This document shows positions 45,367 to 57,156 of a stretch of 64,000 bases of DNA, in pieces (positions within the stretch are counted from its first letter, which is position 1; each line of letters begins with the position of its first letter). Source of the DNA: Yuukianura sp. NJ FZ-2021 (taxonomy: Eukaryota). The notes under the pieces were generated by a model, which was given only the letters and a program-made list of their open reading frames with translations, ran no database searches and had not been told where the DNA came from. The DNA lies in contig CM102284.1 in assembly GCA_046563655.1 (NCBI GenBank), positions 1,178,001-1,242,000 of the forward strand, read 5' to 3'. The position numbers were made by a program, and so were the translations under genes.

Positions 45367-47625
45367 ATGTATGGGACACAAGGTCAGCCAAATTTTTATC
45401 CGCCCCACCACGCTGGTGGGCCCGGTTTTGGGTCACCATTTCCCGGGGCACAGAATAAACCCGTTGGTGTTTATTGGTAAGCCTTTGTTCTTGGATTTAT
45501 AAACAGCTGTTGTGTTTCTTAGGACAAAGGAGCTGTGTAAGTTATGTAACTATGTTCAGTTATGTTATGTTATTGATGTAATCTACTAATTGTAACTTAT
45601 GTCATTTTAGGGATATTGAAAACTGTCCTGTTCCGAAGGACGTTTTGGCATCGTCCGTTGTTCATTTTATTCGTTCTTCGTTCATTTTGAACCGATTGAA
45701 TCATCGGGAGTTTGAGTTTCTGGTGGCAGCTGATGTACTGCGACTCAGGAAAGATATTTCAACGGATCTGGATAAAACTGGTAAGTTTGGGCTGTAACTT
45801 ATCGTTCAAGGTACGTTTTAAGGACTGGTTAATCGAGTAATGACTTCGTTTCTTACTGTTTAGGCGGAGTTGTGCTTGCTCATGTCAGTGGTGATAGCAA
45901 GAACGCTGCTGACGAGAAGATCCGAGAGAGCATGAAACGTTTCGTGGATACCCACGGTATTTTAACGAAGATTTACTATGTGGAACATTTGAATCGAATC
46001 ATAATCGTTTTGCAGCGACATTCAGTCCTATGCTGATTTTAATTTCTGGTGACATTGACTTTCTAAACGATTTACGAGGGTATCAAACTCGGTTGGGTTG
46101 TACGATTGTTGTTCTTCATGGAGCCACTGCTTCGCCCCATTTCAAAGCAGGATGGAATGAGGTAAGTTACAATAAAAATTCAAATGAACTTTCTTTTGCT
46201 TGAGCTTTCAGCTTGACTTTTACATCAATCTTATTACATCTTGAAAAAATTGCATTTTAACTAACTGTCTGTTGGTTCAAAAGGTCTATGCATTCAAAGA
46301 GTTTTTGCTAAGAATGCCCCCACCCGCTACGAATGCAGTGGGTGGTGGCAGTGGAAACCAACCTGCTATAAAGAACAAAGCCAATGGCGGTGCTGTTGCT
46401 GAAAACAAAGGTCAAGGTAGTGGAACTGGAAATATGAATCCAGGCACGAGACAGCCTAATCCTCAGCAACAGAATGCCGATTTTCGACCGAGGAATCCTG
46501 GCCAACAGAATGCTGATTTTCGACCGCGAAATCCTGGCCAACAGAATGCTGATTTTCGACCGCGGAATCCCGGCCAACAGAATGCTGATTTTCGTCCGCG
46601 AAATGCTGGCCCAAGAGGACCAAATCCGCAACAAAATCAACAGCAAGGGAACTTTAATCCCCGAAACGCTGCTCGCTTTCCCGCTCAGGGTGCTGCTCGG
46701 TTCAATGCAGGCGGGCAGCAGAATCAATATCAACAGAACCAGCAGCAACAGAACGTACCTGGCAACACTGGCGCAGATGCAGAACCGAAGCTTTCTAACA
46801 GAGCTAAAAAACGGTCACAGAAGCACGGCTCGAATCAGAATCTTGCTGGACCTCTTGCTGCTTCCAATGCTCCATCTCCTCAACCCGACGGACAGAACCA
46901 GCAGCCTCGACGGAACAAGAATAACGGTACTCCGCAGGGTGCCAATGGGGGTCCAGCAGGCCAGCGACATCCCAGTGGACAAAGTCAGGATGGAGGTCAG
47001 AACCAGAACGTCGGAGGAGTTGCTGGAGCGAAGAAGGAGAAGAAAGAAAAGAAACGCAAGAATTCTAATGCTTCGCAAGAATCGAATAATTCAGGAGGTA
47101 CATCAGGCAATCAAGCCAAAAATGATGCAAAAGGACCGAAACCGAACATTATTCTTATGGTTTCTGGATTACCCGGGAAAATGGACTTTCGTATTCTAAA
47201 GGACCATCTTCTAAAGGTGCTGCTTCTGGATCCGGGCCAGGAACTGATAACGGTAAGGAACCATTTCTATTAGTAATCCAGTTAAGTAATTAATAATTAA
47301 TTATTAATTCAATATAAATTCATTCAATTAGTGATTTTTTACATGGACAGGTCAGAGTGCTGCCGCTGGATTTGTTATGGTGGATACTCCCCCACCGCGT
47401 CCACCTCCACTATTCAATGCTGGAGCTGGAAATGCTGGTAATTCAAGCCCTGGATTCTTATCCAGCAGCTCATCAAACAGCAACTTCCAGGCATTCGTCG
47501 GTTTCGCTACGGCTGCAATGAATGAACTTGCTCTGAATCAAGCTGGGCAGCAGGAGGGGGCGACCGGCGGACAGAAAAAGAAGAAGGAAAAGGTCAAGGC
47601 GGATCCAAACTGCGTCGTCCAGTAA
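45367..47625 (+). CDS. NYN-domain (MARF1/Limkain-b1-type PIN-fold) ribonuclease with Q/N/G-rich disordered region and a degenerate RRM-like segment
   Basis: Spliced exons give KPVGVYW|DIENCPVP...SKNAADEKI...LILISGDIDF..DL..., the NYN acidic motifs. Exon 46283-47252 is low complexity and ends IILMVSGLPGKMDFRILKDHL (RNP2-like). The last acceptor is ambiguous (cag at 47355 is in frame with MVDTPPP). Confidence 0.85.
46467..46610 (+). repeat. 36-bp coding tandem repeat x4 (QQNADFRPRNPG)
   Basis: Four near-identical copies of caacagaatgc(c/t)gattttcg(a/t)ccg..aatcc(t/c)ggc. Confidence 0.95.
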
Positions 47626-48650
47626 CCAATTCGTCACTTCTGCACCATATGATCCATGGCCCCAGCGGTTTAATTTTTCTTCATTCTATCATTTAGTAGT
47701 ACATTTTAACATTTTAGTTTTATGATTTGTAAATTGTGACGTTACAAGATAAGGTTAGATACCCTTAATAATCCTGCCAGCATTGAGTGCAACGAAGGTT
47801 TAGTTGGAAGGCCTCACCTAAACGGAGTTGCACTTGATAAAAATGCTGGTTGATTGGTTTCGTGGAAACCTGATTATTAAGGTGAGTGAGGATGCTGTTC
47901 GAGTTTCCGGATTCTGGTCAAGCATTTTTTGAAATGCATTGAACTTTGAGGCTGCCAAATCCAGTTTTCAGTGTTAAACTCTTGAACTCCCTTACGGTAC
48001 TTTGTTGTATGAGTATCTAACTGCATTTTGTAAAAAAAAAAACTTTGATTTCAATCACATTTGTTTTGCTAATATTCAAGAATGGTCTTTTGTGGGTTGC
48101 ACTATAGTTGCATACTTTCGCAATTGTTAGCACAAATACTTGTAGAAAGTGTATAGAATAACCTTGATTGGTTATGGTTACTTTTAATCATCAACAGAAT
48201 CACTGTTGAATGTTGATCAATTAACAGTTTCTGATTCTGATTTTAATTCTCAATGTATAATTCAGTGTATCTGCTGATTGATTTCAATAAAAGTTGGGGC
48301 GTGGAATTCTCTCATATTTCCTATCTGCATTTTCTGTTATTTCTTCAGTTTCTTAAATTAAGTACAATTAGTTTAACAGTTAACGTTTAGTTGATTATAA
48401 ATTTCAAGTTTGCTCGTCGTTATACTATGTGGTTACACGTGATGCGATACACCTTACGTCAACCTCAAATTTCAGAGAAATCCGAAATGTCAGAGGATTA
48501 GTGCGGAGCCCGTTTAGTGTTGATGCAAACAGCTGTTTTGTAACATCTAATAACACGTGTAAATTCTGTTTTCTTGCAGTTAATTTCATTTATTATATTG
48601 ATCTGAAGTTTGTAGTTTGCGTTTGTAGTTTAATTGTTCGTATTTAAGCG

Positions 48651-49884
48651 ATGGGGAGTCTGAGCAGTCCTGTTGGTGCTGGAACAAGACGTGTGAAGTC
48701 AAGGGTGGAGATAAATTTTAATCGACTAATTGTGAAATGCGAAGAAATGGCGTTAGACACTGATAATTTCTTGAATCCGGAAAACTGGAGGTTGGAGAAG
48801 GTATGCTTTTTGCTTGCAGTTATGCTAATTAAAAAAGTAATTGATTTACTCAGCGATGTATGCTGTGACCCGCATCGACCTCTTGAATATGAAGTTTTGT
48901 TTTGCAGTATGTATCGTCGCTGGAAACCATGCTGAATGAAGTCAATCACGCTCCAAAGTAAGATTCCAAAATTATAAATCATAAATAAATGAAATTTTGT
49001 CATGTCAAAGTTTTGGTTTCCATTCGACAATGTTCTTGACAGCCCGCCAGACAATGCTCAATTACAGGAATATCAAGCAAGAGTGGACTTCTTGAAAGGA
49101 GTACTCAACACAGCCAAGTTGCCTTCACTTCCAGAAAAAGTTGCTGCATCAGAACTAATCAAGCCGGTTGAATTGATCACTCCTGTTTCATCACCTGGAA
49201 TATCCAGTCCTATGGAGATCAAGCAGCGTCATAAGAATAAATATTCCGAGGATCTTCGTCGTGAACTGCTCGGAGACTCTTCGCAGCAACTCGGTGAGAA
49301 ATCAACATATAGTACCAGAAGCGTTTTAGACTACTCTATATTATAACCCATACATGTTTCTGACGATTAGGTGACCCAAATGACCTGATGGGAAGCAGCT
49401 TAAACGATCTCGTAAAGTATCATCATTCAATCCAGGAAAAAATTGCAGACCATATGCTGGATCTCACACGGACACTCAAAGAACAAGTTACAATTGCTGG
49501 ACAAGTAGTAAAGAAAGACACAGAGGTAAAATTTATCTACTTCTCAATTTTTTTTCACTCTGGCTAACTTTTTTCTAAACATTTTTTAACATTTAAGCTA
49601 ATCGACATTTTTTTTCAGATTCTGGAATCCGCTGGTAACATGATGGACAGGAACGATGCAAGTCTGAGATTAGAAACAGAAAAATTAGCTGCCTACAACA
49701 AACGGGGATGTAAATGTTGGATTTGGTTAACGCTGGCAATAGTTTCCGGAATATTTATCGGTGAGCGAGTGAACCCGACTGAAACTAAAAACAAAAGTGT
49801 TGCAAAGATGTCAATTTTTTCATAATAATTTTCATTGCAGCAATGGTTCTTTTCATGCGACTCTTCAAAAAGAAAACCTACTAA
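48651..49884 (+). CDS. USE1: Vesicle transport protein USE1 (ER Qc-SNARE), multi-exon
   Basis: SRVEINFNRLIVKCEEMA..WRLEK|YV, EYQARVDFLKG, LRRELLG, YHHSIQEKIADHML.LTRTLKE, C-terminal TM CWIWLTLAIVSGIFIAMVLFMRLFKKK. Confidence 0.9.
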
Positions 49885-50178
49885 CGAAATATCTACCGGC
49901 TCCTGCTCTCAACACTCGCAAATTACGAAATTCAGCTTTACCTATTTTGATTAAATTCTTAACGTTAGTTAATGCACGGAATAAATATTACAGCGGAAGC
50001 AGTCAAACCACCCGCGAATTTGAATTTCCTTCCTACAGGATGCATCAAAGCGACCAACATCCAGGAAACAGAGTTCGACCACTGCCACTTCCTGTTCGTC
50101 AATCTTAAAAACTTCAACTTTTGACAGTTTCAACTTAAACTGAAATCAGTATCCGTCCATTAGAGTAAAACTTTCAAA

Positions 50179-50988
50179 ATGGGTTCAACCTTCCCGCTTT
50201 CCCAATTTCTTTTTCTATCATTCTGCATAGCTGTTATCCATGCTAATAAACGCTACTACGCAGATCAAGAGAATGACAAAGGAGGCTTCGAGTCACCGGT
50301 AATATTCAAAATATATGTTGAATCTAAATAAATTTGTAATTAATTAATAATTTTGTTCTTTGTTCTAACTTTGTAGCCGTTCAATCCGAATCCATCGGGA
50401 AAGAACACACCAGAGACGACAGTTTACGACCGAGGCCAATTCGGAAAGGATTCAAACAAAGGCGGGAACGCTGCCGACGCCTTCAAAAATCAGGAGACTT
50501 GGGCGGACAAAGTCAAAGGAAAAGACTCGTGGCGTGCAAGTAGTTCAGGCTTTGACTCTTGGAGTGTAAGCGGTAAAGGTCAATCGGCGGGAAACGACGG
50601 TGGTAAAGGTCAAGACTCATGGCGGGAAAGCGGTAAATATTCCGCAACTGAAGGTGGTAAAGGTCAATATACCGGAGGTGAAGGTGGTAAAGGACAATAC
50701 AATGGAGGTGAAGGTGGTAAAGTTCAACACCCGGGAGTTGATATTGGTAAAGGTCAATACACTGGAAGTGAAGGCGGTAAAAGTCCAGATCCGTGGCGTA
50801 ATGACATTGGCTGGAATGATGGCGAGTCGCGAGGTGGTTACGGGAAAACTACATTACCGCCCAAAGGCGGGAGTAACTACTACGACCAGTACAATGACGT
50901 CACGAAGAAGCCAGTGACCACAACGAAGAAACCGTGGTACGTTAGGTTCAAGGATTGGACTGGAGAAACGTTTCGGAAAATTGGCTAA
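50179..50988 (+). CDS. Secreted Gly/Lys-rich repetitive protein, two exons (50179-50298, 50377-50988), ~243 aa; not in the ORF track
   Basis: Signal peptide MGSTFPLSQFLFLSFCIAVIHA and a phase-0 gtaat...ttgtag intron. Exon 2 is open for 204 codons with EGGKGQY-like repeats. aataaa lies shortly downstream (~51032). Confidence 0.8.
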
Positions 50989-51593
50989 GTACGAACAAAT
51001 AACTTGAAATAATGTTCATCATACGTACCACAATAAATTGTCCAATTATATGCGACTATATTTGTATTACCTTTTCCCGCCAATTTATTTTACTTTATAC
51101 AGGGTGAAAGTGGGTACCTCGATCGTACTTTGCCTTTATGTCAAGCAAAATATTTCCTAAAATATACTACAGTTGCGGAAAGTCAACCCTTTCTACAGTT
51201 ACATTTTTACACTTTTACATTTCCTATCCGCTGGACCTGGAGTTTTCAGTTATATTTGTTCGGATACCACGTAAACACAAACTATATTTGGTGTTAATAA
51301 AAAATGGTTGTTGCTTATTACTGTACGTTGAGTGTCTACGACGTAAGTAGGAATCTCAATGTTGGAAATTCCGGTGGTTACACCGGTTGCATGTTATACT
51401 TGTGCCAACCTTCTAAAAATAAGCTGTAGGAACAGGAGAGTTTTCTTTTTTTCCCAGCTCGGAATGTTTTCTTGTCGGTGTCCGTTGTTTTTCAAATTTT
51501 CACGGAACAATTCAATTTTTTCAACCCTCTTTTTTTTTAAAAAGTATACTGTTAAACTTTTGAGTCCAATTTTGCAAAACGTCCTTCACAAAA

Positions 51594-52866
51594 ATGGTAG
51601 TTGCAAGATTCGATACTGTGGCTGTCCATGTTGTAACGAGGAACAAGGTAACGAGAAAGTTCAGTTTCGAACGCCTGGACTCACCCTTTGTATTTGTCAT
51701 TGAAGACAACGGTTATATACCCAATCCAATATGCCTTCGATTAAAGTTAGGTAAAGTGGAACACTAGTATTTATAATAAAAATAATTTTACTGTTTAAAA
51801 TAAATTATCGTCAAAAAAGTTGTATTGAAATTGCAGGCAATGTTGTTGAAGTGGAGGCACAGTTGAATGGAAAAAAAGGCTGCAGAGTATATTTTCGAGA
51901 CCAAACATTGTCGATTAAGGGACCCATGCATCTAAAAGACGAATCGACTGTGGTGCGGCGTTATCAAATCGAGCTCAAATGGGGTAGTGGTGAGTTTAAA
52001 AAAAACAATCCTAATTATTAGTCAGAACTTTTCACTTCGAATCCGAACTTACGCGAACATAATACATATATTCATACGGAGGGATGTTGGTGGCAACATT
52101 ATTTTAAACTTTCACGTGTTAAAAAACGTTTTTCGAATTAAAAACAGCATTTCTCGCAAATTAAAACAATGCGCGAAAGGTATTTTTAATTAGCGAAACG
52201 TATATTGCCGTAAAACTCAAATACAGAAAAACGAAACTCAATTGCAGAAAAACGCAGTTGAATTGGAGGAAAAATCAATTACTGCAATTGAATTTTTACT
52301 GCAATTGAGTTTTACTGCAATAAACGTTTCGCCAAAAATAATACTCTTCGTGCATTGTTTTAATTGGCGGAAAATGTCGTTTTTAATTAGCGAAACGTTT
52401 TGAACACGCGAAAATTTAAAGCAATTTTGCCACTAACATCCCTCTATACACTCACACGTAATAATTTCCAATTAATTAACATGCAATATGTCAGGATAGG
52501 GTTTTGGTGATTTGTTATCGAAAGTGATAGATTTAAAATAAAATTTGCATACTACACAAAAACAACTCTGTTTCCAATGCTAAAAAAGTTCACTTTAGAC
52601 TGGGATTTGGCGAAGCACGTGATAAACAAAGTTATTGATTGGGGAGCCTATAAAAACGAACTGGTAAGTCAATTTAATTGAAAACGAACGGCTTAATTAT
52701 TCCAGTCGTTTTCGGCTACCTATTGCAATTTATTCATTTCATTTTGAAAATTTACGTCCAAAAACATTCCAAATAGTGTCAATTTTTGCCAATTGGGAAA
52801 ATATTTAGAACTTTTTTTTCCTACACTTTACCTTAGGTGCAAATATCATTGAGCAGGAGCCTTTGA
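51594..52866 (+). CDS. Small orphan gene, probably 4 exons (51594-51750, 51837-51989, 52599-52663, 52837-52866), ~135 aa
   Basis: Canonical donors and acceptors join in frame: MVVARFDTVAVHVV...LRLKL|GNVVEVEAQ...IELKWGS|DWDLAKHVINKVIDWGAYKNEL|VQISLSRSL*. No family recognised; last exon uncertain. Confidence 0.55.
52077..52446. mobile_element. Foldback MITE with TA flanks (Tc1/mariner-like) in an intron of the orphan gene
   Basis: gagggatgttggtggcaa / ttgccactaacatccctc termini. The imperfect palindrome continues inward (gcgaaacgtatattgccgtaaaactcaa / ttgagttttactgcaataaacgtttcgc). TA flanks both ends. Confidence 0.8.
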
Positions 52867-53433
52867 TTCAAGAATTGGACATGTGAAACGGGAAGACAAA
52901 TCCTTTGAATAATTTTTAAAAAATGAGGCAAATAAATTTTTGTTAACAAATGTTGAACAACTGAGGAAATTGCAGAATTGCTAGTTTAGATTCAAACATA
53001 GTAGGTTGCCCAGTTGATGTCTTTACCCAATAGAATACGAGAAGTACATTCGGTAACGATTAACAAAAAAAAGATAATGCAAGGTAATTGAATTCACATA
53101 TACTTATATTTTAATGAATTTCAATTACAACAATATTGAATTAAAATTGCACGTTGACTTAACTTACAGTTAATATTTCACCTTCATTAAAGTTAACCTT
53201 AACATCTATCAGCCTCTACGCCGGTCGTGTTATACAACAACCGTCATAGACTGTCTAATATGTCGCTCTCGTTTTACGTTTAAAACATGCTTAGCTTATG
53301 TTTACGTTAGTATTATAAACACACGTTAAGATAAACGGGAATTGTATCACTATGTGTCACTAAATTTACTTAAATTTAATAAACTTGTTTTAATTTTGTT
53401 TAACAAAATTAACAATTTTGGCCCACTTTGAAT

Positions 53434-54180
53434 TTAGAATTCAGGAAACTCCTCATTTTGAATTTTGGCGCTACTAAAATTTCTTCCCGCCAATGGCCTA
53501 CTGCTACTACCTCCACTTACAATAACGAAATCCTCAGATCTTTGATGCTGTCCATTTTCTGTTTTGTTTTCACTTTGATGTGGAAAGTACAACAAAATTG
53601 GAACTTTCTTCTCAAATTCTTCCCGACGACTTGGAACTTTCTTTTTAAATTCTTGCAGCTGTATTGGAACTTTCGTATTTTCAAATTCTTCCCGCAGAAC
53701 TTGTTTGTTTTCAAATTCCGCGCCTAACCTCTGACCTTCTCTTGTGGCTTGAGTAGCGGATGTCTCCGTCCAGTTGAGATTAGAATTCAATTTTGTTAGA
53801 AGTAGAGCCGGTCTAGAATTGGATCTGTTCTCATTCAATTTGTCACGTCCTTCCGCTCCCACCGAAGACTCATTTTCCTCTTCCTCAATTCTAGAAGTCC
53901 ACTCCGAAGTACTCTCCGTGCTGAAAGTGCTGGGAGAACTGAAAGTAGTAGTCCTAATCCCGGAAGGATTTGAACGTGGAAAGAACTTTCTTTCCTCATT
54001 TCTTCCTAAAGCCCAATTTATACTTTTCGTTTCCCTGGCGTTTCCCGGGCAAAAGTTTGTCGTAGGAGACGATTTTAACGAAAACTTCATGACGTTTGTA
54101 TTTAAAATTCGGTTGTTATAGACGTCTACGACAAACTTTTGCCCGGGAAACGCCAGGGAAACGAAAAGTATAAATTGGGC
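53434..54180 (-). CDS. Probable out-of-frame continuation of the kelch/mucin-like ORF
   Basis: Frame is open from 54180 to 53434 with similar S/T/E/N-rich composition and internal repeats (REEFE.KVPI). It is offset by one frame at the inverted duplication. Confidence 0.4.
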   Translation of the reverse strand, partial: AQFILFVSLAFPGQKFVVDVYNNRILNTNVMKFSLKSSPTTNFCPGNARETKSINWALGRNEERKFFPRSNPSGIRTTTFSSPSTFSTESTSEWTSRIEEEENESSVGAEGRDKLNENRSNSRPALLLTKLNSNLNWTETSATQATREGQRLGAEFENKQVLREEFENTKVPIQLQEFKKKVPSRREEFEKKVPILLYFPHQSENKTENGQHQRSEDFVIVSGGSSSRPLAGRNFSSAKIQNEEFPEF

Positions 54181-54182
54181 TT
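54009..54182. repeat. Perfect 57-bp inverted repeat with 60-bp spacer
   Basis: 54009-54065 (aagcccaatt...gtcgtag) is the exact reverse complement of 54126-54182. Confidence 0.95.
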
Positions 54183-56318
54183 AAGCTCCTTTCTCCCGAA
54201 GGTTTTTGATCTTTGAGCCAATTGTGGGGGGCTGTCGTGCCACTAATCCCAGGATCAATTGAACTTTGGTTTTTGGCGGGAAAATTAGGGGTGACGGTAG
54301 GAGGATTTGAACTGGCGTTTCTGCTAAGCCAATTACTACGTTGGGTTGTGGTGGCGCTTAAGTTTGAATTTGATAAACTTTTAGTCTGAAAGAAGAGCTT
54401 AGCGGTGGAATTAATCATTTGACGTTGATTCCGCTTGACTTTGACAGGGATTGTCGGGAATGGAAGGTTTAAGAAAAATTTGGCGGGAGAGATTGGATTT
54501 GAATTTGAACTGGAATTGATTGGCACGTAATTGAGTTTAGGTTTGGCGCTAATTTTTGAAATTAGTTTTGAATTTAGTAAAGTTGAAATGGTAGCTTCTA
54601 TGCTAATGTTGGAAGCTGATTCTGGTTCTTTCTCGTGATTGGTTGAGACGATGATTTCTTTCCGCTGATTGGCTGCAGCAACGTCATCGATGATTTCTTT
54701 CTTTTGATTATTGGCTGCAACGAAATTCCCTGTCTCCTGATTGGTTGCAGAAATGTCGCCTGCTTTCTGATTGGCTGATGAAATGTCGTCTATGCTTGAA
54801 CTGTTTTGGTCCGCGGGTAAATTTAAATTGGAAATGTTGGTTACATGTGGTTTGAATTTTGCCGCTGCGGCAAACAGTGGTACCGAATTTTGATTGGCTG
54901 CTGGATGTGAACCAGTGATGTTGCTGATACTTTGGCTTGCAAATTGTGCTGGAAAATTTGAATTCAAATTTGAATTTGGCGCTTCTGTGGTAGAGTTCCC
55001 GCTGTTTGACACATTCAGAGAAGACTGGACTTCTGGAATGCTGTAATGGCTAGGTGGAATGTCACGTCGCGGAAGGAAGACGGTCGTATCTGGTTGGATT
55101 CTGACCAAAAACGTTTTTGATTGGTTGAGGTCAAAGGTCAAGGTCACATGACGTGGGTTGACTAAGTAAACAGTTCTGTTTTCACCAGAATACGACACAA
55201 CAATGTGGTAGAATCCCTGCAAATGTTGAAAAGAATCAAGGCTTGGTCCTCTCCATATGTTTTCAAGCGGTTGAACTTTGCCGCTAGAATGATCGTGGAT
55301 CCAAAAATCAACCAACTTGTGATACGCAACAACCAACAGCGTTTGACCTTTGACCTTCACAGCCGCCATGACGCAGGCTCCTGGTTGGCTTACTCCCTCA
55401 AATGCCGAATTCAGCGTGATTGTCGAAATCCAACGAATTGAGTTATCCTCAGTTCGAATCTCATAAACTTCCCGCCTTGATTTTGACTTCTCGCTTGAAT
55501 TATATGTTGGACACAGTATGTATGCGAGGTCATCGTCACTAGCTGTGATACATGCTGGGTCAAAGATTGCAGTAAAGTTGACCTCGCGTGACCCCGTGAC
55601 CTTGAGGGGGTCCAGTTTCATCCACTCTGTCACTTCGAGGTCAAATTTCCACCAATCCAGTTTCAGTGACTCACGTGACCCGTTTTCCCGGGAATTTAAA
55701 TTTAAAGCCATCAGAGCATCATGGGAGCACCACAAAATGTGTTTCTGTCCAGCACGTTCTTCGTCAAAGTGCGGACAAAATTCAAGTGTCGTGTTTTGGT
55801 CAGGAATGCACGCGTCGCAGCAAATGTACGACGTCCAGAGTCCGCTGTCGGATGAACTCGGAAGTCCGTTCGGAATGTCATAGAGCCAAACAGTGTTGTC
55901 TTCGTCAAACAACGGGTCAGCAGAGGTCATTGACCCCTCTTGTTCAAGTCCTCCAAAAACGGCTAGATGTCCGCTTGAAACACTTCCGCACATTATGATT
56001 TTCCTGAGATTTTGAGGATAGGAGCTCAGCGGAGTCGGAGTGTCTCTAATTGGTCGGAAAACCGGTTTCCATTTCCCGCCATTTCCGAGTGCCCAGAGGT
56101 CACCGAGTACTTCCGAGTCACTTCCGGTTGAAGTAGAGTCACTTCCGGTTGAAACCGACTCACTTCCGGCTGAAGTGTGGTTAATCCGAGGTCGTTGACC
56201 TCCGAAGATCCACCAAGTTCCGGCAGAGTCGTACCAGACAGCAGGGTTGATCCGCGGAGGTGGAATGTCGCCGTGGCTGGAAGCGACATTCGGCTGAACT
56301 CCTTCCAAAATCTCCCAC
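54116..56318 (-). CDS. Large exon encoding kelch/galactose-oxidase-like repeats followed by a Ser/Thr/Asn-rich stalk; upstream exons not resolved
   Basis: 730-codon open frame with PPPRINPAVWYDSAGTWWIFGG...LGDLWAL and LAVFGG...VWLYD kelch-like motifs, many N-x-S/T sequons, and an acceptor-like AG near 56319. Confidence 0.6.
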
Positions 56319-57156
56319 TCTATTTTTCAAAAAAACGAAAAAAGTTGTAATAAAAAATTTATATAAAAAAATCTCATTCAGCCCCAACTTGAAAGATTTA
56401 TTGCTCCCGCCTGAAAGTGTGCCTGAGTCTCATAAAACACAATTACGACTTACTCTTTTGGAAAAGCAAAAAGAAAATTCTTATCACACTTGGAACTTTC
56501 TCCTGCTGCGGCAGTTACTGCACTGGTAAGAGGCAATTTTCAAAAAAAAAGTTAGAAAGCGCGCCAAAAATCACATTTTGAAAAAAAGAAGAGATTTTGG
56601 AGAGAGGAGGATAGTATAGCATCATTTCCGTTCCAAAAGAATAAAAAGTGGCTCAACTTCTCGATTATACTGTGCGTTTTCTTCATTGCTTTTAGTAGAC
56701 TTTATAGTCTTTTGTAAAATATAGACGTTATAGTACTTTCCAAACATATAGTACTTTAAATTTTTTAGGCTTTTTCAAAAGTAGATATTTGAAATTTCTC
56801 TTTTTGGCAAAAGAAATTATGTGGAATGAAATGGGAGGCTGACAGGAAAGAAATGGGTTCCAATAAACAGAAAATGGAAGACAATAAACATCGAATGCAC
56901 TTGAATGCATTGCATAACGCTTGAAACCTAATATTACATTTTGTATATTGCCCAAATTAGGTTCAAATGCATGTCTTAAAAACTTCGAGTCAAATTGCGT
57001 TGCTAATATTTTAGCAACGAGGTGTGAAAGTTGAATTGTTAAAAACCCGTCAATCTCCATGTATAAATGAATATTCACCCCCCCCCTCCCCCCCCGATAC
57101 GCCAAAAGTAGTCAGCGTGGATGTAAGTTTTTACCAACATTCCTACCAACCCTATA

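Noticed and set aside
46308-47199. Overlapping and antisense ORFs in the NYN low-complexity exon
   Set aside because: Shadow frames of GC-richer repetitive coding sequence.
50600-50917. 105-aa VKVVK-repeat ORF from the track
   Set aside because: It is an alternative frame of the Gly-rich exon; the signal-peptide exon splices into the GGKGQ frame.
50377-50988. Classical multi-copy neuropeptide precursor
   Set aside because: Repeats have GK but lack regular dibasic (KR/RR) cleavage sites flanking conserved peptides.
54175-54195. Programmed ribosomal frameshift ahead of the hairpin
   Set aside because: No recognisable slippery heptamer or in-frame Ty1-type CTT-AGG-C site; a recent inverted duplication is the simpler explanation.
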